Assembly (NCBI GenBank): GCA_010093995.1 | Contig: ML992506.1 | Span: 1,167,109-1,231,108 of the forward strand | Reading direction: 5' to 3' | DNA length: 64,000 bases | DNA from: Elsinoe ampelina | Lineage: Eukaryota | Part shown: positions 33,561-44,472 of the stretch, piece after piece | Layout of the letters: each line of letters begins with the position of its first letter | How positions within the stretch are numbered: position 1 is the first letter of the stretch | Position numbers and translations under genes: made by a program | Notes under the pieces: generated by a model | The model's database searches: none | What the model saw: only the letters and a program-made list of their open reading frames with translations | What the model was told of the DNA's origin: nothing

Positions 33561-35140
33561 TTACTCGGCAACTTCTGCACGCAATTAATAGCCTTAAGGA
33601 TTATCTAGTTTTTGGCACTCCGATAGTAGAGAATAGCGCTACTATTGATCGTGCTTGATTAGTGCATTACGAAGCATGAAATAAGCTCTCTAGTGGAGTC
33701 TAACACCGTAAGCATTAGTTGCTCGACTATTACAAGGCTAGAGGCTAGCGGCGGAGAGGATTAAGGTATAGAGATTAAGGGTGTTAGAGGGTAGATATTA
33801 CTTATAATCTAGTACTTAATTAGCTACAAATATCTATTAGCACTTGCACCTTACCGAATTCGCTAGTGTACTAGTCTAAATCGTCGAATTAGTTAGGTAG
33901 TATAGCAACGGTATAGTCCTGTGCGCCGACTACCCCTAGATAATAATATAGGAGCCTCGGCACCCCTATAATTATATATAGTTGTCTCGGCTGCTTCCGG
34001 ATGCAGTGATAGTTCTATTAATACACGAATTGCTACACCTCTACGCGAAGGATAGGCGTGTATATAGCTATAAGAGCGACTTAGTAAGCAATAAGATTGC
34101 GCTTCTAGCGCTTTAACTTCTTTAGCTTAGTAAACTATCTTCGCTAGCGGTTCGTAGTGCTCTTTGCAAGCTAGGCCTACTATAATTCAATACGCTAATT
34201 CTGCTTACTCGTGCCGAATAAGAAGGCTTTATTCACCTCTAAAGAGAGACTACTTAGCTAACGCCGAGCGTCGAGATGCACTTATAAGACTATCGCAGTC
34301 TCGCCCCCTCTATCCGTGTAGATCTCGAGGGAGATCCGGCTATATAAGGCAGCAATAGTAGTATACTACTTCATAATTGATATAGCCTTCCTTGCCGAGA
34401 AGCCTATATAGGCCTAAACGATGTAGCGTGAAAATTCGTTAATTGCGGCGTAAATCTCGATGCTATACTCCTTAAGCTTGCAATAGGCGTCCATTAACTA
34501 GGTATAGTTTAGCCCTAGCACGTCTTACACGCCGTGACTAGTAGGCCGCCAGTTACTACAAATCTAGAACACTAAGGGATTAATTGCAATTACGGCGCGG
34601 TAAAGGCGCCGACTAGGTTAGAGTTAGTGAACCGACTGGCGAACGTATTACAAATATGTATTACCTCCTAACAATCCTATGCTTCTGCCTTATATAGGTG
34701 TAAAGGTAGCTAAGGCCCTAATCCTCGATATTACTAGCGTTATATTTGCTTTATAGTAGCTGCCGTATTCGCTCGTACTTAACCTTGTCCTCTTCTCGAT
34801 CAATCCGATAGATGAGGCCTAACTCTTTATATAGGCGCTTTAGCATCCCTAACGATATATCGAAGCCTTACTCTTTTAGTACCTCTAGCGTCTCTTGCTA
34901 GCTAATACGTAGCTGGAATAGCTCCTTAATGCTGCGGTAGAGAGCCTCGGAGTCGACTAGTGCCTTAGGGTGGGTGGAGAGCTGCCAGCCTTGCAAGAGG
35001 CGCTAGAGCGTTCTAAGCGACAGGGTGTAACTACGCCTTAATAGCCTCTAGAGTACTTTAGGCTAATCACAGCGCTCGTGCAGCAACTAGTACTCGATAA
35101 GAGGCCTATCTACCTCGATTGTAGCGGATTGTGAAGCCAT
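33561..35140 (-). pseudogene. RIP-inactivated DDE transposase (integrase core plus N-terminal HTH/Clr5-like region), ~493 aa; introns 34613-34664 and 33809-33854
   Basis: ATG at 35140. De-RIP translation gives LSLRTLQRLLQGW, VPGPNYTWSMDAYCKL..YGIEIYAAIDEFSRYIVWAY.G, TDRGGET, FGTSKQNQRIESWWAQL and WN.H.IRKQP....GVP.LLYYYP. No frameshift was found. Confidence 0.9.
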
Positions 35141-35385
35141 ATCGAGTGGTGTGGTATGTTAGGGGGTAATAGGAAGGAAGGTACAGAAAACCAGCACACC
35201 TGGCTTTTATACCGGCGCCAAGCCACAAAAAACTAAAGGTATACAATAAGAGAATAATACTTACATTAAACGATAGAGCGTCATAAGAGCTGTCGATTGC
35301 AATAAGAATCATTGCAATAAGTGGTATAGGTGGTGCGCGGGGAGGTGGTGTAATAGCAAATGCTGGGTTTAAGCGTTTTGATGGT

Positions 35386-35431
35386 TTTGAGCGTTTTGAC
35401 TGTTTTGACTGTTTTGGCGGAAGCTACCGTA
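35386..35431 (-). repeat. Right terminal inverted repeat; 9-bp sub-repeats continue inward to ~35367
   Basis: Reverse complement reads TACGGTAGCTTCCGCCAAAACAGTCAAAACAGTCAAAACGCTCAAA(ACCATCAAAACGCTTAAAC). Confidence 0.92.
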
Positions 35432-35616
35432 TGCATGACGGTGGCCAGCTGAGACGGCGCCTCGACCTCGCTCGACTCGTGTGGTGAAGGACTGCTTTCA
35501 CCGTTGATACGTGAGCCACAGATAGGATCTCAGTTGCAAAGGCGCCAGAACGAAGTGTTTGATATCAGGACTGACCGCACTTGGACTTCGCCGAGTCTCA
35601 GTGAGACAGCAAGGTC

Positions 35617-37266
35617 ATGTCAGCACACACAAACCCGACATTTCCTCCAGGACCACGGTCATCACAACATCAATTAACTTTCTATGTATACAGCAGAGGT
35701 ACATATGCCCCATAGATCTGATTGCAATGCTGCTGATCACTATATAGGCTCTCACAATCGTGGCACAGGTCACACCTTGCGGCTTGAGGACTCGTGGGCC
35801 CCGTGGCAGCCAGGTGAGACATTCAGGTTGATGTAAGCTACACGGACTACTTGTGACATCCTTGGAAACTGATTCCCCAACGGTACATGCATGCGCACCC
35901 CAAATGATCGCGATCGACATCAACTCGACCTCAAGCTCGGCCTGAATCAATCGTTCTGGACATTCCTCTACAAGCACGCCAATGGCTTTTTCCGAGCTCG
36001 TGAGCACCACACCGAGTCTGGTGATCTTGAGAGCTACAGAATTACCACCCGTTCACTCTTTAAGCGTTTCCCCTCTCTCGAGAATGCGGATTATCGAGTG
36101 AATGACCCTACCCCTGCTGCGACCTGGACCTCTTTCGCGTCCTACACCAAATGGGAGCCTGCTGGGAGGGTTACCGTGCTGGTGAACGTCGAAAGGGCAC
36201 AGTTCCTGGAGCTACTAGGTATTCCTCGCCTCCTGGACGAGTCTTTCGCGCGGCGCTGCACCGCTGATCCCTTCGCTTTCCACGCCGCCATGATCGAGCA
36301 GATGCTTCATATCTGCAACTTGGCGATATGGTCCGTGAGAAAATCTATGCGATTGTTCCAGGACGAGGTCTTGACTGAGTCTACCGACAAACCCACCAAG
36401 AGCGAAGGGCCCGTCTCAGATATCCGTCTCCTCGAAGTCCCGGAGCATTTCGTCCACTGCAGCGAGCTGGCCGCCTCAGCTGGCGAGATTGTCGAGGCCA
36501 TGGTCGAGGAGCACGCCACGTTCGTCGAGGATAACACCAATATTCCTGCACTTTCGAAGAGGGTGGCCAGGAATGTAAGCAAAGACCTCAAAGCTCACAG
36601 AGCACTGTTCAAGTGTCTGGGCTATCGAGCGGCCAGTCACCAATCTGTACTGAGTCACAATATCAGCATGGTAGGGGTTCTGACTTCAAATGCAAGCATG
36701 ATACTCACACTATCACAGGCTATCGTCAAGATGCAACAACGAGACAGCCAGGTCCAACGGAAAGACAGCGAAACAGCCACGAAGATCGCCAAACTCGCAC
36801 AGGCTGACAGCTCTTCCACAAAGACTATCAGTGTGCTCGGTCTGCTGTTTCTACCAAGCACCTTCGTCTGCGTACGTGTTCCTCTCATGCTCACCCTTTC
36901 ACTTGACCCCTTATTCCCTTTCAGACGTTTACTAGGGGAACCTGCTGACACAACCAGTCCCTCTTCAGCACAACCTTCTTCTCCCTGCAACCCGCCGCAG
37001 ATCTTCAGGACCAGCCAGGCACTGCTCCGTCCAGGACAGGCGCCGATCGTCTACCGACGTACTGGCTTTTGTCGGATCGATTCTGGATATTCTGGGCTGT
37101 GTCGATACCTTTGACTTTGTTTACGCTGTGCTTTTGGTTTGTGTATACGAGAGGACATGTCAAGAAGTTTGCCAGGTGGGTCTTTGGCATACGAGAGGTG
37201 AAAGGTGGGAGGGAAGAGGGTGAGGCGGGCAAGGAGGCAGAGAAGGGGGACGGGGCGGTTGCATAG
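35617..37266 (+). CDS. Fungal CorA-like two-TM-domain protein, paralog B (intron-2 acceptor reads CGG; may be truncated or pseudogenised)
   Basis: Same exon structure as paralog A: WAPWQPGETFRL, LNQSFW, ADPFAFHAAMIE, ADSSSTKTISVLGLLFLPSTFVC|SLFSTTFF...LSDRFWIFWAVSIPLTLFT. Confidence 0.72.
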
Positions 37267-37434
37267 CGTGTGGAGAGTCACGTAGTTGGGAGGGTATATG
37301 TGACATGATTGATGAGCAGCACGGCGAACGCGCGATATGAAGCGACGTTTATAAACACGTAGGACAGCGAGCCAAGACTGAGCAAAGAGAACATCGCTAT
37401 TCCATTCTCGCTATTTGAAACCATTGAAGAGACC

Positions 37435-39756
37435 TTACCACTCCAACGGCTCTCCCACCTCCTCCCCTCTATTCGTCTTCGGCACCGGCGCCGCCTTGAT
37501 CTCCACCGGCTCCTTCCTATGCCGACTCATATACCCGCTACCCGCGATCCACGGATACTCCGTCCACTGCTTAACCTCATACCTCTTAATCTTATCCTCC
37601 ATCTTCATCGTGAGCCCAATCTCATCCAACCCCTCAATCAAACAATGCTTCCTGAACCCATCAACATCAAACCGTCCCAGCTCCTTCCCCTCCCCGTCCT
37701 TCACGACCTGGTTCTCCAAATCAACCTCAATCTCCCGTCCAGCCTTCGCTTCCGCAAAGATGGACTGCAACGACGCCTGGTCCGTGATCCGCACGGCCAA
37801 CATGCCGTTCTTGAACATGTTGTTGTAGAAAATATCACCAAACGACGAGGCGATGACGCACTTGATGCCGAAATCCAGCAGCGCCCACGGCGCGTGTTCG
37901 CGCGACGAACCGCACCCGAAGTTCGGCCCCGACGAGACCAGGATCTTGCTCCCCGACCAGGGCTGCTTGTTGAGCACGAAATCCGCCTTGTCCGACCCGT
38001 CCTCGTTGTACCGCCACGCGTGGAACAAGGCGCTGCCCAGCCCGGAGCGTTTGATGGTTTTGAGGAATTGTTTCGGGATGATGGCGTCCGTGTCGATGTT
38101 GGCGCGGTCGAAGGGGGCGGCGATGCCCCGGAGTTGGGTGAACTTGGGCATGCCGAGGGAGGCAGAGGAGGGGGCGCCGCTGCTGACGACGTTGCCGGCG
38201 GATGTCTCGTCGAGGTCCATGATTTCTTCGAGGTCGCTGTCGGACTCGGGGGCGGCGACTTCGGGCTCGAGGTCTACGTGGGAGGCGCTCTTGCCGGTGA
38301 CTTGTTGGAGGTTGTCGACTTTGCGGACGTCGGCGAGTTTGCCGGCGATGGCGCAGGCGGCGGCGGAGGCGGGTGACATGAGGTGGGTGCGGCCGAGGGC
38401 GCCTTGTCGGCCTTCGAAGTTGCGATTGGAGGTGGAGGCGCAGCGTTCGCGCGGGGAGAGGATGTCGGGGTTCATGCCTAGGCACATGGAGCAACCTGCT
38501 TCGCGCCATTCGAAACCGGCGTCGACGAAGATCTTGTCAAGGCCTTCTGATTCGGCTTGTTTCTTGACGAGACCTGAGCCGGGGACGATCATGGCTCTCT
38601 TGACGTTGGAGGCAACCTTCTTGCCCTCCACAACTCTGGCTGCTATCCGTAGATCCTCGATGCGGGCGTTTGTGCATGATCCGATGAAGACCTTGTCGAT
38701 TTCGACACTCTCCATAGGTACGCCTGCTGTCAAACCCATGTATTCCAAAGCTCTTTCGCATGCTTCTTTCCGTGCTGGGTCTTCAAAGTCGTCTGGACCA
38801 GGTACGTTGGCAGTGATAGGAACCACGTCTTGTGGCGAATTACCCCAGGAGACTGTGGGGGCAATGTCCTTCGCGTCAATGAAGACTTCTGTGTCGTACT
38901 TTGCGCCCTCATCGCTGCGTAAGCTCGTCCAGTATGCTACTGCCTTCTTCCATTCGGCCGAATCTGGTGCTGGGGCTAGAGGTCGTCCTTTCAAGTACTC
39001 GAATGTGGTTTGATCGGGAGCGACCATTCCGGCTCTTGCTCCTCCCTCGATGGACATGTTGCAAATCGACATTCTGGCTTCCATGCTGAGACCGCGAATG
39101 GCACTTCCACAAAACTCGATCACAGCGCCAGTTCCTCCAGCAGTGCCGATCTGACCGATGACATGCAGCACAATGTCTTTGCTGCTGACACCTGGGGCAA
39201 GCTGACCGTCGACTTGGACCTTCATGTTCTTGCTTCGTTGCGTGGTGAGGGTCTGAGTGGCGAGGACATGCTCGACTTCACTCGTACCGATTCCGAAAGC
39301 CAGCGCACCGAATGCTCCATGAGTGGAGGTGTGGCTGTCACCGCAGACCACGGTCGTGCCGGGAAGGGTGAAACCCTGTTCTGGTCCGATGATGTGAACG
39401 ATACCTTGTCGCTTGTCGCCAAGGCCAAAGTATGTGAGGTTGTATCTCTTGACATTCTCCTCCAGAGTCACGCACTGCGTTCTCGAATCGTCCTCCTGCA
39501 CAAATTGTGCAACATTCTTGAAGTTTTTCCGAGGAGTGGTAGGGACGTTGTGATCGGTGGTGACTAAGGTACAGTCTGGTCGTCTCACACCACGGCCAGC
39601 ATTTCGCAGGCCTTCGAAGGCCTGAGGTGAAGTGACCTCGTGGACCAAGTGTCGGTCAATGTAGATCAGAATCGTGCCGTCGTCCTTCTCGTCGACGATG
39701 TGGTCTTGAAGGACCTTGTCGTACAGCGTACGCGGGCCAACGATAACACCAGGCAT
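37435..39756 (-). CDS. LEU1: 3-isopropylmalate dehydratase (fused large and small subunits)
   Basis: Motifs [72 protein letters not shown] and [11 protein letters not shown]. Confidence 0.98.
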   Translation of the reverse strand: MPGVIVGPRTLYDKVLQDHIVDEKDDGTILIYIDRHLVHEVTSPQAFEGLRNAGRGVRRPDCTLVTTDHNVPTTPRKNFKNVAQFVQEDDSRTQCVTLEENVKRYNLTYFGLGDKRQGIVHIIGPEQGFTLPGTTVVCGDSHTSTHGAFGALAFGIGTSEVEHVLATQTLTTQRSKNMKVQVDGQLAPGVSSKDIVLHVIGQIGTAGGTGAVIEFCGSAIRGLSMEARMSICNMSIEGGARAGMVAPDQTTFEYLKGRPLAPAPDSAEWKKAVAYWTSLRSDEGAKYDTEVFIDAKDIAPTVSWGNSPQDVVPITANVPGPDDFEDPARKEACERALEYMGLTAGVPMESVEIDKVFIGSCTNARIEDLRIAARVVEGKKVASNVKRAMIVPGSGLVKKQAESEGLDKIFVDAGFEWREAGCSMCLGMNPDILSPRERCASTSNRNFEGRQGALGRTHLMSPASAAACAIAGKLADVRKVDNLQQVTGKSASHVDLEPEVAAPESDSDLEEIMDLDETSAGNVVSSGAPSSASLGMPKFTQLRGIAAPFDRANIDTDAIIPKQFLKTIKRSGLGSALFHAWRYNEDGSDKADFVLNKQPWSGSKILVSSGPNFGCGSSREHAPWALLDFGIKCVIASSFGDIFYNNMFKNGMLAVRITDQASLQSIFAEAKAGREIEVDLENQVVKDGEGKELGRFDVDGFRKHCLIEGLDEIGLTMKMEDKIKRYEVKQWTEYPWIAGSGYMSRHRKEPVEIKAAPVPKTNRGEEVGEPLEW

Positions 39757-39939
39757 GTTCGCAAAACGTCAGGCGTGTGAGAGGGTAGTAAGAGGGGAAA
39801 TGAGGAAAGGGTGAGGTCAATTGTTCGAAGGGGATGTATTCCTCGAGCTCGTTATGAAAGAGGCTTGCATACGCCGATATCGCGGTCTGGAGGCGTGCAA
39901 GGACAGGATTGCTCACAGAAACACAAACTCAGCCTCGCT

Positions 39940-39949
39940 CCGGTATCGG
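39940..39949. promoter_or_regulatory. Putative Leu3/LeuB binding site (CCG-N4-CGG)
   Basis: CCGGTATCGG lies ~185 bp upstream of the LEU1 ATG and differs by one base from the palindrome CCGGTACCGG. Confidence 0.62.
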
Positions 39950-40108
39950 TTTCTCACTAATGTCAAGATTATGATTGGTTATTGCCCCACACGCTCGCTT
40001 GTTTGTGGGGTGTCGATCTCTCGTCTTGTCCCGAGCCACCGACGGGGTTAGCCCGAGACTCCGCTTTATACTCTGTATATCTTCCGCTTCAAACCGGACC
40101 AATCTCCT

Positions 40109-41649
40109 TCACATCATACGGAATATCTTGTTATCTTGAGAGAATACAAGCAGGGCAAGACTGTGTCGTACCCACAGTCCAATTAGACCAACCGCCAATT
40201 GGAAAGCTACCAGCTCTGTGGTCACTCGATCTTCTCGCAGGGGACCTCTCCAGACAAGCCACAGATTGATGATGGTGAAGTTCGTAGTGGAAGTGACCCT
40301 CCCTGTATCGTCTGTCTCGACCGACAATAGCCGAAACTTGTCCAGGATCTTCAGAATCTCTCCTACTTGTGTTCGAAGAGGTTTTTCTGGCGGAAAAGTG
40401 GCCCGGGACGGCTCCAGAAGTCCTGTCCTAGCATTGAAATTCGGCATTCGATGCCGGGGACAAGGCACAATGTGGAACAACTGTGGCGCCGAGTAAATGA
40501 AGTTGAAGATCTGAGGTAAGAGAAGAAGTAGTAGTGTCTTGCTGAAATGGCCGAGTATGCCGATGGTGGCAAAGATGATACCAGCAAAGTAGCAGTAAGT
40601 GTCGCCAACAAAAACTTTTGCCGGGTACCAGTTGTGCTTCAGGAGTGCCAAAGAAACGCCGATAAATGGCAGTAGAAGGTACAACGAGAAGAGGTGAGGA
40701 TTAGTCGCTGGATGGGGATTCTCGGAGAAAGGATACAAGTACAGGATGTCGTTGTACACGATGAGTCCAGCAATGACCACAGATTGTGCGACTTCTATGC
40801 CGTTGACTCCCGCAATGATATTGATACTGTTTGGACAGAAGATAGAGATTGCTGACATGTACAGATAATAGAAGCCGCCTAGACACTATTAAACGAGCTT
40901 ACAAGCTGAAGATCTGTACATACCGAGATCAACAAGATCACCCAGATAGGGGCGTAGAGGAGTCGGAACCACGACCTGAGTTACGCCAAAGTCGACAAAA
41001 TACAACCCCAGAGTAGGCAAAGAAGCAAAAGCTGGAATGAAAAACTTGTGTCGCCATCGGATGTCGAAGCAGTCATCCACAAAGCCGAGGATGATGACAG
41101 TAGCAATGGTACCGTATGCGAAGCCATAAGGAGCAAGCTGATAGGACTGTCAGCATGATCCTATCTCCCAGACAAGCCATCTTACTCGCTCAAGGGGGAA
41201 CCTGTGAAGGAATCTCCCAGTTTCGACCTGCTCGGGATGTACCACCACATCCTTGTTACCTCCTCCAGACGTGGCAGCTACGATGTCCCGCTTGAAGGCG
41301 AAGGGCAGGAAGACGATGATTGAGAGTAGATAGACCAGTGCGCTGACCAGACCCATCATCTCGGGACTAAGAAATTGTCAGCATCAGCAGCGTATTATCA
41401 TGGCTTGACTTCGTACATCTCAATCGGGACCTTCTTTGACCTATCCCGACCCTTGAGGCCCGCCTTCATGAATGCTGGTCCAGTCCATCGTATTACAGCG
41501 TATGTGAGTGCGAATGCTACACCACTTAGCGCGATTGATGCATAGATTGGTTCGCCGTCTTCGTTCCACGATTTGATCAGGATTGCAAGACACGCCGCGG
41601 AGCATGTCGCCAGTGAGAGGGCTTCCGTGCTGCTAAGCTCATTTGACAT
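40109..41649 (-). CDS. ALG7: UDP-GlcNAc:dolichyl-phosphate GlcNAc-1-phosphate transferase, multi-exon
   Basis: Motifs GLKGRDRSK, PEMMGLV, GFVDDCFDIRWRHK, FCPNSINIIAGVNGIE, NWYPAKVFVGDTYCYFAG, GHFSKTLLL and PCPRHRMP. Confidence 0.95.
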
Positions 41650-41929
41650 TGTGAAGTGTCTTTTCTCGTTCTCAATTTCCTGGTGATAATTACACTCCCT
41701 GCTTAGGGGTCTTCGGCTCGTAAGTTGATCATTTTGATGTGTTGTGGCGAGGTGTCAAGATCTTAGGATGAAGACCGACGCTTCGGGCACATCAATCGCC
41801 CACGGTAACATATCTCGACTTCTACACATTTCATTAACCACGACCAGCTACTTCCACTAAGATGAATTCAGGCATGTAAGGAGATTGCCTCACACTCGCC
41901 AGCCAATTCTCGTCGTATCCACATCTCTC

Positions 41930-43081
41930 ATGGCGACTGACGGCGGCTTTCACCGCTTCAAACACGGTCATTCAGATTTGGTGCTCGCGGTCGATTACAA
42001 CTTCTACGGGACGAGAGTAGTCACAGCATCATCAGATCACAAGCTCAAAGTGTGGGATCGCAAGGATGACGGCTGGGTCGAAGTGGACACCTGGACAGCA
42101 CACGATGCCGAAATCACAGACGTGAAATGGAATGGGCCTTTTGTTGGCGAGATCATTGCTAGTATTGCAGAAGACGGACTTCTCAGGATCTGGCAAGAAG
42201 ATCTCCTTGAGTCCGCCAATTCTGGTCGGCGATTCAAGCGCATCTACGAGCAGCCATCAGCGAGCAGAGTACCTTACATGTCTGTCGACTTCAAGAACAT
42301 CGGCACCGAAACCTACCTCGCGATGATCTCACGAGATGGCCAATTGACTGTGTGCGAGCCAGTTGATCACGACGATCTGTCGGACTGGCAGATCATGTGG
42401 CAGGACTACCTTTGCAAAACACCACCACGGACCGAAGAGACTGGCTTCACAGTCTGCTGGCATCATGAGAAGCTACCCGCCTGGCCAGCCATACTAGCGG
42501 GTCTAGATCGCAGGAGCCTCTCCCTCGCAGTCTCAGTCATGGACACCGTCAAGATCTTCCGGACCGACAAGGATCGAAAGTTCTACACGGCCGCAGAATT
42601 GACCGGTGCCAAAGGGTTGATCAGGCACGTCGCATGGGCAAATGGATCGATGCGAGGCTACGACGTTATCGCTACAGCATGCAAAGATGGCTTCATCCGA
42701 GTCTACGAGCTCCACACACCAGGAGCAGCAAAGCTTAACACAAATATGGACAACCTCAACAACGGAGACGCTGCTGGCCACAGGCCTTCGGTCAGCACAG
42801 TAGCGCGACCCGTCAGGTCTGGCATCGGAGCAGGTCTGGCGAACACGTCTCGTGGTGGCCGCGTGGAAGATGAGAATCGACCTGGCAAAGCTGTTCAAGA
42901 TGTCAAGCTGGTAGCAGAACTGAGAGCGGCGCATGATGAGGCAACGTGGAGGGTTGGATTCTCACAGATGGGGGATCTGCTGGTTTCGACCGGCGATGAC
43001 GGTCTTGTGCATGTCTGGAAGAAGGATATGAATCAACAATGGATCCAGTACGCTGAAGTGGACGCGACGAAGCAGGACTGA
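41930..43081 (+). CDS. SEH1: Nucleoporin/SEA-complex WD40 protein Seh1
   Basis: HGHSDLVLAVDYNFYGTRVVTASSDHKLKVWD, WTAHDAEITDVKW, VAWANGSMRGYDVIATACKDG and LVSTGDDGLVHVWK. ATG at 41930. Confidence 0.9.
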   Translation: MATDGGFHRFKHGHSDLVLAVDYNFYGTRVVTASSDHKLKVWDRKDDGWVEVDTWTAHDAEITDVKWNGPFVGEIIASIAEDGLLRIWQEDLLESANSGRRFKRIYEQPSASRVPYMSVDFKNIGTETYLAMISRDGQLTVCEPVDHDDLSDWQIMWQDYLCKTPPRTEETGFTVCWHHEKLPAWPAILAGLDRRSLSLAVSVMDTVKIFRTDKDRKFYTAAELTGAKGLIRHVAWANGSMRGYDVIATACKDGFIRVYELHTPGAAKLNTNMDNLNNGDAAGHRPSVSTVARPVRSGIGAGLANTSRGGRVEDENRPGKAVQDVKLVAELRAAHDEATWRVGFSQMGDLLVSTGDDGLVHVWKKDMNQQWIQYAEVDATKQD

Positions 43082-43433
43082 GACACGTCTGAGAGGATCA
43101 TTTGGGCAACGCTTGCGCTGCGAAGTAGTGTCATTACGCGGACAAGATGTGGATGGAAGTACGTCTATTAGCACCACACGCCAGCATTCAGTCGAACTAC
43201 TGGGTCCTATGGGCAGGCCCTGCTGCGAAGACCAACGCATTTGAGAGTGAGTCCAGCAGCGCAAATGACGATCGACTGAACGCTGACCAAAAACCTCCAG
43301 CGGCAACATGTGCCAGGTATAGACCAATTCGATCATCACCTTAATCTCCATCTTTCTACCTCAAGGTCGTCAGCGCTGAGTATGAAGCCACTCAGCCGGT
43401 TCCACGGGCCAAGCAGGCCCGGAAGCATCCATC

Positions 43434-44012
43434 TCACGACGAGATGACTGCGATTCCTAAGCAGAACGCAGCAAAGGGCATGACGATGCGTCCAACATGT
43501 CGCCGGCGCCACTTGTAGATCTGCTCTCGAATATACTTGTCGCATTTCTTGTCGTCATTCGCTAGCCCTGCGCTTCGCCTGTCGTCCATCTCGTTGCGCA
43601 TTTCAAGTATCTCATCGTTGATGGGAAAGATCAGAGATACCTCATACGGCGCTATAGGAAGGACGCAGGCCAACGCTACAGCCCAGTATGACCACTTAGC
43701 TGACTGAATGGGATCTGGGTGCGTGTAGGAGAGCACCGCTAGTGAAGCTAGACTGGCACCGAGTATGCGGCTCGTTGGCTGGAGGTATGCCGCTCCTTTA
43801 CCGACCATCAAACAGAATTGGGTGGCGATCGTGTGCGCAGACTGAGCCTCCAGAATAACAGGAACGGCCCAGGCGTAGAGGCTTAAAGCCAACCCTGTGT
43901 CTTTGTTCAGACTTGTGCGAGGGCTAGGGATGTGGTACTAGCCTGTCAGGACGCCGAGAACTGTCACGGCGACAAGCGACAGAGGGTATACAGCAACTTC
44001 AGAGACATGCAT
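43434..44012 (-). CDS. Small membrane protein, DUF1772/anthrone-oxygenase-like; probable intron 43895-43942
   Basis: Four hydrophobic segments, with motifs LIFPINDEI and IYKWRRRHVGR typical of DUF1772. Exon 1 reads MHVSEVAVYPLSLVAVTVLGVLTG. Confidence 0.68.
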
Positions 44013-44472
44013 ATTGCAAGCAATGGTGATGAATGATTCAGGCAGCGTGTCCAGGAGTCCACTCCATCTTTCTCACTCAACTGGAGGTCATGATATCACG
44101 AGTTGCTTGGCTGTCGCCGCTGTCAGCTTCCTCCCGCACCGCACTCGAAGCTGCAACGCGAGCAATCGTCGACGGCTAGACTGCCACCCGACATCAATCG
44201 AGTCAAGGAGCAATCGTGACAAGACCACAATACTTACCTGCCTCGAAACTGGGATTTGGAAGATCTCTAACAAGCGATTTGGCATTCTGGCCGGCCTTCA
44301 AAACAGGTTACCCGATTAGGCCTAGTGTGGTTTGGTGGAGTAAACAAACGTCGCGTGGAGCTCTCTCCATCTTCCCACCACTTCGCGCGCAAAAGTTTGA
44401 AGACCTCGTTTGCAGTGCAATCGCGAGACCTACACGAGATATACTGCTGAGTATTGATAGACAGCAGCAGCA

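Larger units (their letters stand above)
29777..35431. mobile_element. RIP-inactivated DNA transposon (5,655 bp) with TIRs, an integrase-type DDE transposase (IS3EU/IS481-like) and two accessory genes
   Basis: The block is AT-rich, TpA-rich and CpA/TpG-poor, and is bounded by 46-bp inverted repeats (42/46 identical, first 21 bp perfect). TGCA flanks both ends. Degenerate ORFs lie inside. Confidence 0.9.

Noticed and set aside
29777..35431. Starship, LTR retroelement, centromere or CRISPR-like interpretation of the AT-rich block
   Set aside because: I found no tyrosine recombinase, RT/gag motifs, LTRs or spacer-repeat structure. TIRs plus a DDE transposase explain the block.
37519..39013. Long plus-strand ORFs of 285 and 386 aa
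   Set aside because: They are antisense to LEU1 and arise from GC-rich codon usage.
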